64,000 bases of DNA from IMG/VR virus record IMGVR_UViG_3300033153_007973, positions 62,001 through 126,000 of that record; one strand, given 5' to 3'. The position numbers were made by a program, and so were the translations under genes. Of the stretch, positions 13,003-22,781 are shown in pieces. Within the stretch, counting starts at the first letter, position 1, and each line of letters starts with the position of its first letter. The notes below the pieces were generated by a model. That model searched no databases, was not told the DNA's origin, and worked only from the letters and a program-made list of their open reading frames with translations.

Positions 13003-16000
13003 TGCCCCCTCGAGTTAATAGAAGTAGCCCCAAAGAAAAGCGAACTTTAGCCAACCTGTTCTTTGGTCTAGGAAAGAGAGTTCGAATAGAAGGAAAGAAT
13101 GGAAAGCCAGCTCGCTATATAACAAGAACAGCTGAGAATGAATGGCGAGATGAGCTTTCATATAGACCAGTACCAATCGAAGAAATTGCCGATGACCTCC
13201 TTAAACCATCTACCCGATTAGTAACTGAGAGAGATCTCCTTGAATTCAAGACATTAGCACGAACTAGGAATACACATCGCAGAAAGGTCTTTATTGACAC
13301 AGAGACCAGGATCAAGTCAAATACAGGTAGACTAGTCAAAGAAGACACACTCCAGGTTGCATTTAAGATAAAAGGTGAGAATAAGGGACATAGTCTTATA
13401 TTCAGTGATATAGCAAAACAACATAAAACATTACAGGGTGCGCCATCTGATCCAATACATGATATGCCAAAGGCACTTGATCAACAATATGAACAGATGG
13501 ATAAGTTCTATACGCCTCATGGAAGATCTGAGTTCATGGTTGATGATAATGCACTTGGCATCAAGATGCATGTTAATATGATCAATCGTTCGGAATATGT
13601 TGGCAAGAGCAAACGCATATTTGATCCAACGAAACATCAAGGCATGGCATATAATTCATCATTCGATGAAGCTAGAATTAACGCAATGAGTGGTCCAGAG
13701 AACCAGATACAACTGGATGATTTAAGAGGATTTGCTTCAATCTCATATGCTCGACACATGCCAGAAGTAGATGAAGTATATATGAAGGCATTGACTACCA
13801 ATTTCAAACCGCTACTGAAGAAGATGAATATTACAGACGATGCAACTGCTCTCATTGTTGATAATGCAAGACATGGATTAGGTAGTCAATACACATCAGC
13901 AACAGCACTCGAAGATCTTCATTATATTAATCAAGGAACACTTGGTCCCCATGCACAGAAGCTAAAGACAGGGAGACTCAATGACGATTTCACCACACAG
14001 ACTCATGAAGGTGTTGGTGATAATATTCTTGCTGAGAATGCTTATAGTGATACCAAGCAACTTAATGAGATGATGCGTCGTGAGAAAATGGGGCTATTCG
14101 GTCATGATCCAAATCGAAGATATTTTAGTACTGCGGATAGACGAGCATATTTTTGGATGCGACAGGCATATGCTAGAGAAGCCGTTGCTAATCCTAATTC
14201 AGTATGGCAAACAGTCGCTGAATTCAATAAGGCATGGGATAGAGCAGCAGGTAAAGATGGCGATCCTGTCATGGTCGCTAGACGTATAAAAGCTAATCTC
14301 GAGATAAAACAAGGCATTAAAATCGAGAAAGGCATATTCAAAGGAACTAAGGGATCATTGGGAGGACCAGGAACAGTCGGCGCACTTCTTGGCGGAGCAG
14401 CACTTTCTGCTGGTGTTAAATGGGCTGTCACGAAAGCATCAATGCGAGCAGGTGAAGGACAAGATCAGGTTCCAGAGGGACTCGGTCATAACTCACTAAT
14501 GACAGTTGCTCGTCGTCTGGCACTAACAGATTTTCACTCATCATGGTCAAGTGGTATATCACAGGCCGCTGGTGCTTTCGTAAAGATTATAGGTGGTTCG
14601 ATGAGGATGATGAAAAATAGTCCAACTGGTAAAGCAGTCGGTGAAGCATTCTCAGCAATCTTAGGATCTCCAAAGTATCAAGGTAGTGGTGATATTACAA
14701 AAGGTGCAGTAAAGAGTTGGTTCGGTGGTGGCGGTGGAACAAAACATATGCAAACTATCATGTCTAAGATACAATGTGCTCTTGGTAAAATGGCTACCAG
14801 TGCTTCAGAGAATGTTCATCTAACTGATAAAGCTCGTGAGAATGTTAGTGGTTTCTTTCAAAAAGCAGCAGAGAAGGTAGCGGAATTGGGAACTTCTGTA
14901 CCGACCGATAAGTCACTTCTAACAGAAGGTACAGTCAAGTTTAAGAAAACACTTAGTGACTTGTTCGCAATGAGAGGTGGAAAACTACCACCACATGCCA
15001 TAGCAGCAATGGCAGGCATTGGTGGTGCAGTACTTCTAGGTGTTACTACTGGAAAATATGATCCAGATAAAGCTCCGGAAGTACCGGAGACACTTGATAA
15101 GAACAAAGTTAGAAATCCTCAGAGACATAGACGAACACCAGGAAGTCTGTGGCAACGCTTGAATGATCTTAGATCTACTCAAGATGAAGGCATTCGATAT
15201 GGTTCTCCAACAAGACAACAACAAAGATACTCAAAGACAGACTTTGGATCTGGCATGCGCCCTCGCAGAACTCTAGATGAGATGATAACAGGAGGTTCAT
15301 TTCCAACAGTACAGAAAAGTGTCATTGATGGAGCACATGGTGTTCATGGTGTTGAAACTGCTCGTACAAATAGAAGAAATGTTAATCTGGATCGGGCTAA
15401 CATTCAATCATCTACAGTACAATTAAAGAGCGGAAAGTCATTACAGATCAGTGGAAAGCTATCAGAAGCAATTAACAGTCTAGAAGATGGAAAGAGCATG
15501 TTAGCTAGCGAAGCGATTAGTGAATCACTAGAAAATAGAAAAGAGGAAACTGCAACTAAGTTAGCACTCGTAAGATCTAAATCCTCACACAGTGAAGCTA
15601 GAAAGATGAAAATGTATACATCTCAATATAGACCTCATCAGCTACCGGACGAAAGCATGGCACATAAGTCAATGAAACGACAGCTTGTTGGTGAAGGACC
15701 AGGCCCATTTTATCGAGGCAAAGACCTATATGGTGGAAGTCTTTCTGGAATTGATGGTAGGATGAGAAGACAAGTCAGCCATAATCCATATAATGCGACT
15801 GCTCGCGGATATGAGCAAATCATTCCAAATGAAGAAGGAATGGTTAATAGACAAACAACAAAGCTAGATGACAGCATTAGTTCAGCAAGTATCGTTCCTC
15901 GTCGTATTATTGATACTGGAAATAAGGGAATGGAATCGGCAGATGCAAATCAATATTATACCAGGAGAAATGTTAGTAGAAATTCTTCTGAATCCGACGC

Positions 16001-16304
16001 ACTAGATGCATCAGATAGCCGAGATTATCTTAAGCCGCTGAGAAATGCCAATCGCATACAAGGAGAAGTACAATCAGAAATAAACCAAGGTAGTATTAAT
16101 AATGCAGTCATGATGAATCAAGGTGGATATCCTGATAGGATTATAGCAATGAGCCTAGATAATAAAGGTCTGCAAGATGCCGGTGTAAATATGCATATTA
16201 ATCGTCAGGAGATGAGTGGTCATCGCATCCCAGGATGGGCAAGCAGTGGATCAAAAACGTTCAATAATGATTCAAACATACATACCACAGAGAATGTCAC
16301 ATAG
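13002..16304 (+). CDS. DEDDh 3'-5' exonuclease domain fused to Gly/Ala-rich putative internal virion protein
   Basis: IDTET, AYNSSFD, THEGVGD; hydrophobic segments; repeated EG..TDF motif. Confidence 0.65.
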   Translation: MPPRVNRSSPKEKRTLANLFFGLGKRVRIEGKNGKPARYITRTAENEWRDELSYRPVPIEEIADDLLKPSTRLVTERDLLEFKTLARTRNTHRRKVFIDTETRIKSNTGRLVKEDTLQVAFKIKGENKGHSLIFSDIAKQHKTLQGAPSDPIHDMPKALDQQYEQMDKFYTPHGRSEFMVDDNALGIKMHVNMINRSEYVGKSKRIFDPTKHQGMAYNSSFDEARINAMSGPENQIQLDDLRGFASISYARHMPEVDEVYMKALTTNFKPLLKKMNITDDATALIVDNARHGLGSQYTSATALEDLHYINQGTLGPHAQKLKTGRLNDDFTTQTHEGVGDNILAENAYSDTKQLNEMMRREKMGLFGHDPNRRYFSTADRRAYFWMRQAYAREAVANPNSVWQTVAEFNKAWDRAAGKDGDPVMVARRIKANLEIKQGIKIEKGIFKGTKGSLGGPGTVGALLGGAALSAGVKWAVTKASMRAGEGQDQVPEGLGHNSLMTVARRLALTDFHSSWSSGISQAAGAFVKIIGGSMRMMKNSPTGKAVGEAFSAILGSPKYQGSGDITKGAVKSWFGGGGGTKHMQTIMSKIQCALGKMATSASENVHLTDKARENVSGFFQKAAEKVAELGTSVPTDKSLLTEGTVKFKKTLSDLFAMRGGKLPPHAIAAMAGIGGAVLLGVTTGKYDPDKAPEVPETLDKNKVRNPQRHRRTPGSLWQRLNDLRSTQDEGIRYGSPTRQQQRYSKTDFGSGMRPRRTLDEMITGGSFPTVQKSVIDGAHGVHGVETARTNRRNVNLDRANIQSSTVQLKSGKSLQISGKLSEAINSLEDGKSMLASEAISESLENRKEETATKLALVRSKSSHSEARKMKMYTSQYRPHQLPDESMAHKSMKRQLVGEGPGPFYRGKDLYGGSLSGIDGRMRRQVSHNPYNATARGYEQIIPNEEGMVNRQTTKLDDSISSASIVPRRIIDTGNKGMESADANQYYTRRNVSRNSSESDALDASDSRDYLKPLRNANRIQGEVQSEINQGSINNAVMMNQGGYPDRIIAMSLDNKGLQDAGVNMHINRQEMSGHRIPGWASSGSKTFNNDSNIHTTENVT

Positions 16305-16305
16305 G

Positions 16306-16334
16306 TTGACATTCTCCGCACTAGATGATATAAT
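16306..16334 (+). promoter_or_regulatory. sigma70-type promoter, extended -10
   Basis: TTGACA-17-TATAAT with TGn. Confidence 0.85.
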
Positions 16335-16352
16335 GATAGATGGAGGTGCAAT

Positions 16353-16661
16353 ATGTCAGCATTCGCGCGCTCAGGACAAATTGTAAAGGGTATTGTTAGA
16401 TCGGGTCTGTTTAGAGGGGTTAAGAATCTAGCACATCCTACAAAACTTGTAGGCACATATGCACATGATGCCAAAAGAATAGCACAAGGTATCACTGCTG
16501 GTAATATACAGTCCACAGCAAGAAGATCTGCTCTAATGCTAGGTACAACAATTGGACTGGGATATACAGCAAGAGCAGTTCGTGGTGCTGCTGGTGGTAG
16601 CGGAGTATTCAAAAATAGAAAAGGTAAGCGAGATATGATACCATTTGTACCATTTATATAG
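16353..16661 (+). CDS. small basic Gly/Ala-rich putative virion protein
   Basis: GGAGG SD; one hydrophobic segment. Confidence 0.75.
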   Translation: MSAFARSGQIVKGIVRSGLFRGVKNLAHPTKLVGTYAHDAKRIAQGITAGNIQSTARRSALMLGTTIGLGYTARAVRGAAGGSGVFKNRKGKRDMIPFVPFI

Positions 16662-16672
16662 AGGGGTGACAC

Positions 16673-17044
16673 ATGGCTACAGTTAATACTGCGATAAATG
16701 CAGCAAGAGCACTTGCCAGTAAAGGTGCAAAGAAGGTTGGTGTTAATTATTTCCAGGCCGGTGGTGTTTTCAAGAGTGGTGGTAACTTTCTTAAGAGTGC
16801 ATTTGCTAAGGGCGGAAACATAAGAGAAACAGTCGGTCTCGCAGCATCGGGTGCACTTGTTATGAGAGGAATCACAGGTGCAGCATCTGGATCATATAAG
16901 ACACTGCGAAACACAGGTTTGATTAATCCATTACTTGGAGGCAGACGAGTTCATCACGGATATGGAAAACGAGGAATAGACTCTAATAATCAACAAACTG
17001 ATGGACTTGTTCAGTCACTTCATAGAAATAGAAGACAAAGGTAG
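16673..17044 (+). CDS. small basic Gly/Ala-rich putative virion protein
   Basis: SD; C-terminal DGLVQSLHRNRR. Confidence 0.75.
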   Translation: MATVNTAINAARALASKGAKKVGVNYFQAGGVFKSGGNFLKSAFAKGGNIRETVGLAASGALVMRGITGAASGSYKTLRNTGLINPLLGGRRVHHGYGKRGIDSNNQQTDGLVQSLHRNRRQR

Positions 17045-17049
17045 GTAGC

Positions 17050-18651
17050 ATGCCTCCACAGCCAGTACCGAGTCAAGGCGAACCATTTGCCACTCAACCT
17101 GAAATTGAAAGTCCTATAGCTAGAGCACGTAATTTCGCTAGTGGCTATAATCCAATGAAGCACCCATTAAGAACTCTCATGCGGTTGGGTGTTGCTTCCA
17201 CATTCATACCTGGAGCACCAAAGCTCTGGAATATTCCAACACAAGGTACCAATCTTAATTCTTTTAGCTTCTTTGGTTTTAGATCACTTCTAACAGGAAC
17301 TGCTAGCATAGGACAAGGAAGATTATATGGAGCAGCAGCTGGTAGTCTTCTTGGTGGTGTACCTGGAGCAGTAATGGGTGCTCTTTCTGGTGGCGGACTA
17401 GCAAGAGACAAGAAGGGCGCTGGTGGTTTAACTAAGTTACTTGGGAAAGGTACAACGATAGGTGGATTTGGACAAACGGCATTCAATACAAGTACAGACT
17501 TCATGCATTCAATGTTTGCTGGTGGGATACCAGAAGGAACATCGGCTGCTAGTAAAGCAGCAACAGGATTCGCCGAACGAACCATTGGTAAACCAATCCC
17601 ACTATATTCAGAGCTATGGCAAAATAGATACTACAAAAGGACAGTAACCGCACCATATGCTATTGCTAAAAATGTTCCTGAAAATGTGATTCGTGCATCG
17701 GGTGAATTAGCAAGTCAAACAATAGGGGCCAAACCCGGCGGTTTCGTCTATGAAGAAGCAACAACAGCAACATTAGCACAACAAAAGTCACGAGTAAAAC
17801 AACAAGTTAAAGCGCGAGCCCGTAGTCGTGGCCGTAAACGAGTATCCAAGAAAATAAGAAGAGGTTTCAGGAAAGAGTCGGCTGCATATAGAAGATTATT
17901 CGATGTCGATAAAATAATAGAAGGTTCTCATAAAGCGTACTTCGCGTCAGCTGAACAATCATATAAAAGTGTATATAGTGCTATGAGAGGCATCACCAAA
18001 CAATCATCAGCATTATCATTAAAGATGAGCATGTTTGGAGAATATTCTCCATTCTTCGCACGAGGTCGAGAAGCGATGGACAAGACGATGCTGGGTTTAT
18101 ATACTGGCCCAGAAGCAATGAAAGCTGGAAATGCGGCATGGATAGCCAAAAGAAATGCAACAGCATATCAAGCAATGAAAACATCAACCAAAGTAGGTGC
18201 AACAGCAGTGCAACAAGCAAAAGCTGGAGGGGAACTTGCAAAGTTCATTAACCCAAAGACAGGGAAAGTATTTGAGAGCGCCACTGTTGCGGGGTTATCG
18301 CCAGAGCAAATAACAGGTGAGGTTGGATTAGGCGCCAAGGCAGGTCTTAAGTCATCAGCTAGAAAACAAATAGCAAGCGCTACTCGCTCTATGATCAAAG
18401 TTGCAATTGCTGCAAAGGTGATCAGAGGCGTCGGAAGAATTGCAGGCGGAGCAGTTAGAGGGGCAATATCTACATTAGAAACAGGATCAGCAATAGCCAG
18501 ACAAATCGGAAAGGCTGAGTTCGGTTCCGGCCGAGCACTTGTCACCAAACAAGCATCAACAGAACGCAGTCGTGCAATTATGGCAATTCAAAATTCAGGT
18601 ATTAATGCGCGCCAATATCTTGGACGCGAAGCACTAATGTATGCGGAGTAA
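17050..18651 (+). CDS. basic Ala/Gly-rich putative internal virion protein
   Basis: glycine-zipper segments; C-terminal TERSRAIMAIQNSGINARQYLGREA. Confidence 0.7.
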   Translation: MPPQPVPSQGEPFATQPEIESPIARARNFASGYNPMKHPLRTLMRLGVASTFIPGAPKLWNIPTQGTNLNSFSFFGFRSLLTGTASIGQGRLYGAAAGSLLGGVPGAVMGALSGGGLARDKKGAGGLTKLLGKGTTIGGFGQTAFNTSTDFMHSMFAGGIPEGTSAASKAATGFAERTIGKPIPLYSELWQNRYYKRTVTAPYAIAKNVPENVIRASGELASQTIGAKPGGFVYEEATTATLAQQKSRVKQQVKARARSRGRKRVSKKIRRGFRKESAAYRRLFDVDKIIEGSHKAYFASAEQSYKSVYSAMRGITKQSSALSLKMSMFGEYSPFFARGREAMDKTMLGLYTGPEAMKAGNAAWIAKRNATAYQAMKTSTKVGATAVQQAKAGGELAKFINPKTGKVFESATVAGLSPEQITGEVGLGAKAGLKSSARKQIASATRSMIKVAIAAKVIRGVGRIAGGAVRGAISTLETGSAIARQIGKAEFGSGRALVTKQASTERSRAIMAIQNSGINARQYLGREALMYAE

Positions 18652-18653
18652 AT

Positions 18654-20444
18654 ATGCCAGATGATCAGAAACAATACGAAAAGAATAACTTCGATAACAT
18701 AGATCAGAGAGACCATTTTACTGAAGAAGAGTTAGAGTGTCTTCGTATTTCTGATGATGTTAGTGATGAAGAATATCTTATAGCAACATGGATTACTTAC
18801 CCTTCAATATGGGCAGAAGAGTTCTGTGCAAATCCTAGAGACGCACAGCAACGAATAGAAATCAGACCATATCAAGCCGCCATCATGAATGATCCTGGTC
18901 GAAGAAAGATCTTGAGACTGGGGCGCCAGATCGGTAAGAGTATGAGTATTGGTATTCTTGCTGTCTGGGAAGCATATCTATTTGGTCAAAGTAAGATCCT
19001 AGTCGTCTGTCCTCGACAGACACACGTTAATAATATCTTTAAGGAAATCAGGTACTTCGTCGATCATGATGAACGACTAAAGAACGAAGTAATCGGGATA
19101 ACGAAGCAACCGCATGAGATCACATTTAGAAACGGATCCTATATTAGGGGACTGACAGCCGGCACCGCGGCAGCTGGTATTCGTGGACAGGTCGCGAATA
19201 CTTTATTCGTCGATGAGGCGGATTATGTACCTGAGGCTGCTGTTGAGGCCATTGATCCGGTCGTTAGTTCATTCAAACATCCAAACATCTGGCTTTCTTC
19301 AACACCATCAGGATTGCGCAAGGCGTTCTATAATAAGTACTACTCCAAGGAATATAAACCATTCCATTTTCCATCATGTGTTAGTCCAGACTGGACAGCA
19401 CAGAAGGAAGCACAATACAGAGCCAGCTATAGTATCGCAGGATACACACATGAGTTTGATGCAGAATGGGGAACAGCTGAGAGCAGCGTGTTCCCACGCT
19501 GGGCAATTGAACAGATCAAATCTAACTCCATCATTATACCGACCGAAGACTCTTCAACCAGACAATATACATATAGCGATGCCGAAGCACTCCATGCAAC
19601 TAATAAATTCAAATGGACCATCATTGGAATCGACTGGAATAAAGCCAAGAATGGTACCAGGTTTGTCATCTGTGGAGTAGATGATAAATACAGAGTTAGT
19701 GTCATAAAGAAGGAGAAGATCGACGCAACTGAGTTCACACAAGTCAAAGCAGTGAACAGAATACTCGAACTTAATAAGATCTATAATCCAAACTATATTG
19801 CCGTGGATGTTGGTTATGGTAGCATGCAGATCGAGTATCTCCGACTGATAGGCAAAAAGTATCCAGAAACTGGTCTGGATGAAAAGCTAATTGGAATTGA
19901 GACAGGTGGCTCCATCGATATTAAAGATATCGTTACTGGCGAGGATAGAAATACATTCGTTAAACCGTTCATGGTAGAGAACATGGCAAGGTTCGTAGAA
20001 CGAGGACTAATCCAATTTCCAGAAGAAGAGAATCTGACAACAGATACTGGATCAGCAGTCGGCGTGATGACACTATCTGACCAGCTTCTAAACTATGAGA
20101 TCGACTATTATACTAGCACCGATAGACCAGTATATAAGGGTACAGAGGATCATGACCTGGATGCATTTATGTTCTGTGTCTATGCTGTTGTTGTTCATAT
20201 TCTCAAATCAACAAATCTATATGACTCTCTCCCAATGGTACAGCCAATGCGTCTTAATGGCAATACACTACTAAAGTCTCTAGTAGGTCACACTGGTGAA
20301 AAGAAAGACGGAAACCAGGGACCCAATGTTGATACTCTTCCAACAAGGCAGATCTTTGGTGGCAAAAAGAATAGGAATAAACCAGCATCAATCTCTAGAT
20401 CGATAGGATTCTCGAGCAGATCAAGATCAGGGAGAGGACTATAA
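18654..20444 (+). CDS. terL: terminase large subunit
   Basis: Walker A GRQIGKS, Walker B LFVDEAD, coupling SSTP, nuclease IGIDWN...DHDLDA. Confidence 0.96.
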   Translation: MPDDQKQYEKNNFDNIDQRDHFTEEELECLRISDDVSDEEYLIATWITYPSIWAEEFCANPRDAQQRIEIRPYQAAIMNDPGRRKILRLGRQIGKSMSIGILAVWEAYLFGQSKILVVCPRQTHVNNIFKEIRYFVDHDERLKNEVIGITKQPHEITFRNGSYIRGLTAGTAAAGIRGQVANTLFVDEADYVPEAAVEAIDPVVSSFKHPNIWLSSTPSGLRKAFYNKYYSKEYKPFHFPSCVSPDWTAQKEAQYRASYSIAGYTHEFDAEWGTAESSVFPRWAIEQIKSNSIIIPTEDSSTRQYTYSDAEALHATNKFKWTIIGIDWNKAKNGTRFVICGVDDKYRVSVIKKEKIDATEFTQVKAVNRILELNKIYNPNYIAVDVGYGSMQIEYLRLIGKKYPETGLDEKLIGIETGGSIDIKDIVTGEDRNTFVKPFMVENMARFVERGLIQFPEEENLTTDTGSAVGVMTLSDQLLNYEIDYYTSTDRPVYKGTEDHDLDAFMFCVYAVVVHILKSTNLYDSLPMVQPMRLNGNTLLKSLVGHTGEKKDGNQGPNVDTLPTRQIFGGKKNRNKPASISRSIGFSSRSRSGRGL

Positions 20445-20445
20445 G

Positions 20446-22719
20446 ATGCCAGATAATATAACAAGAGAAGATTATGATAGTACATCATATCGTCCTCGTG
20501 CTACATCCCAGACAGCACGAGCAGATCGTGAAGCTGTAATAACTAAAGTCAAGAACGTAAGATTAGATAACCCACCAAAAGCAATGCCAGAATTTCCAGC
20601 TATTGATTTCAACAATGCTGAGGAAGTAACACCTGCACAAGCAAGAGAATTAATCAATAGGACACAAGATGAGTTGCAGAGTGTGGATGCTCGAATCAGT
20701 GCTGCAGAAGACATCCTTTATTCCAGCAATTCAATGCTTGGACATTATTCAAATGAAGAATATCCGCGACTGAATCGAGCGATGCGAGATCTTCTTGGAG
20801 TAGGTGACCTTGTACAAGAGGATGGATTTGATCTCACACCAGAAACACTTGCATGTATCAATAAAATCGCAACATATTCAGAACCCGCACCCACACAAGC
20901 GGAACTGCAAGATCCAGATGCTCTAACTGAAAAGATTGAAAAGAATTTCCCTACCAAAGAGCAACTTTGGCCAGGCCTTCTCTATCGCCTATTCTTCATG
21001 TTCTTTACTCTTACTGTGAAATATATCTTTACATCATTGTGTAAGATGTCGAGAGTGTTACCGGATGAGATTATTGGAATTGATGTCGGAATAGCAATAA
21101 GAAAGATGTTCAAGAAAGCTGCAAATTATCTCTTCTATATCATCAATAATCTGTCAGCAAAGGTAAATCCTAAGATTATAGGTGTGAAATCATATCATTC
21201 ATTTCAAGCATATCTCAAAGAGAAGAGTGTCGATGTATGTTCAAAACAATCGATGGATGAACTAGAAGATCCAGATACAATGAGCAGTGTGGTTGATCAA
21301 TATACTATTCAGGAAGAAGGGTGTAAGCAATGCAACGAGGGATGCAAACCTACCCCAGAACAACCGGGCCTTGCAAAACAAGCCATTAAGGAATTATTAA
21401 TAGCTCAAATAAAGAACAAGTCAAACACAAAGACAGACATATCATCAACCCTTATTCTAGAACAACTAAAGAATCAGAGTAAGAATATAAAAGAATCTCT
21501 AACTGGATATGAAATTGCTATCGAGGATAAACCATCTGGAGAAGCAAGCGTTCTTGGAACAGTTCGAGGTACCATTCTTGGTCATCTTATTATGATTGAA
21601 GAGCTTGTGCGCGGAATGGATATCACTGTATCCAGAGTCATTAATCTAGAATTCATTTCTCCCGCGGCTAAGGACTTTGTGTGTTGTTTCGTCAGACTAA
21701 TATTCTTTGCGTTTGCTGATGCTGATAAATTGGGTAGCGATGTAACCGAGTTCCTAAAGGATGGTCTTGATTCCAAGAACATTAACAAGAAACTCCAACC
21801 AAATAAGCAGACTATTGCTATTCTCAAGATGCTCGATAGTGTTCTCTCATATATGATGGGACAGGCACAATATAATATGCTCATCCAGCTACCAATCGAT
21901 TCTGAATTCATCATGGGTGCTATGAAACAAGCACTTGCAGAAACGTTAACTATGTTTAATGAGACAATTAGCTTTCCCATCAATGTTGCATTTACAAAGA
22001 TGTTTGAAATCCCAAGCTTTAAGGTTGCTGCTGAGTTGTGTGTTCCATTCTCATACGTTGCAAATCTAGCCACTTGTGGCTTTCAGATGTTGCAAAATAA
22101 GATATACGAACTCATTGCAAAGCTCTGGATGGAGGGAAACGAGACAATGAAATCATTTGATTCGTTCCTTACATTGTCACTGAGAGTCAAGAATCTGAAG
22201 ATCTTCTCATCCCTAATCAACTTTGTACTAGACAATACAGCAGCACTCCAGCAGTTCTGTGATGTGGATAAGCTAACCACACCAGAAGAGATAGAAAGAA
22301 TTAAGACAATGTTGGAGAATGAAATTCCTGTTACTGTATATGACGATCGCGTTCCGGTGCCAGATGATAATAATTCAGATGCAGCAAAGAAGACTAAAAT
22401 ACTGATGACTCCTATATTTAAAGCAGATGATCCGATTGGCCCAGATGATAATGACTTTATCAATAGTCAATATGGGAGAGGATTGGCTGGAGAATTTGGT
22501 GAACTAGACATGGAACTATCTCCTATGTATGTAGAGCCAGAGGAATTAGAGAAGAAATGGGCAATAGAAGTACCCATTAAAGACTCAAAGACAATCACTC
22601 TCAGAGCAGCTATTGGCTGTGGTAATGACTTTAAGGAAATTCTTGCAGAATCAGCATCAGCAATGAAAGAACTAAAAGACGAGAATGTTATAAGCCATCT
22701 AAAGCTGCGAAACCAGTAG
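20446..22719 (+). CDS. large helical hypothetical protein between TerL and portal
   Basis: 757-aa ORF. Confidence 0.75.
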   Translation: MPDNITREDYDSTSYRPRATSQTARADREAVITKVKNVRLDNPPKAMPEFPAIDFNNAEEVTPAQARELINRTQDELQSVDARISAAEDILYSSNSMLGHYSNEEYPRLNRAMRDLLGVGDLVQEDGFDLTPETLACINKIATYSEPAPTQAELQDPDALTEKIEKNFPTKEQLWPGLLYRLFFMFFTLTVKYIFTSLCKMSRVLPDEIIGIDVGIAIRKMFKKAANYLFYIINNLSAKVNPKIIGVKSYHSFQAYLKEKSVDVCSKQSMDELEDPDTMSSVVDQYTIQEEGCKQCNEGCKPTPEQPGLAKQAIKELLIAQIKNKSNTKTDISSTLILEQLKNQSKNIKESLTGYEIAIEDKPSGEASVLGTVRGTILGHLIMIEELVRGMDITVSRVINLEFISPAAKDFVCCFVRLIFFAFADADKLGSDVTEFLKDGLDSKNINKKLQPNKQTIAILKMLDSVLSYMMGQAQYNMLIQLPIDSEFIMGAMKQALAETLTMFNETISFPINVAFTKMFEIPSFKVAAELCVPFSYVANLATCGFQMLQNKIYELIAKLWMEGNETMKSFDSFLTLSLRVKNLKIFSSLINFVLDNTAALQQFCDVDKLTTPEEIERIKTMLENEIPVTVYDDRVPVPDDNNSDAAKKTKILMTPIFKADDPIGPDDNDFINSQYGRGLAGEFGELDMELSPMYVEPEELEKKWAIEVPIKDSKTITLRAAIGCGNDFKEILAESASAMKELKDENVISHLKLRNQ

Positions 22720-22748
22720 TTGACAGCTAATTAGATAGATGATATAAT
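22720..22748 (+). promoter_or_regulatory. sigma70-type promoter, extended -10
   Basis: TTGACA-17-TATAAT with TGn. Confidence 0.85.
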
Positions 22749-22781
22749 TCAAATCTAAAGGAATTAGGACGGTTCAACCAC

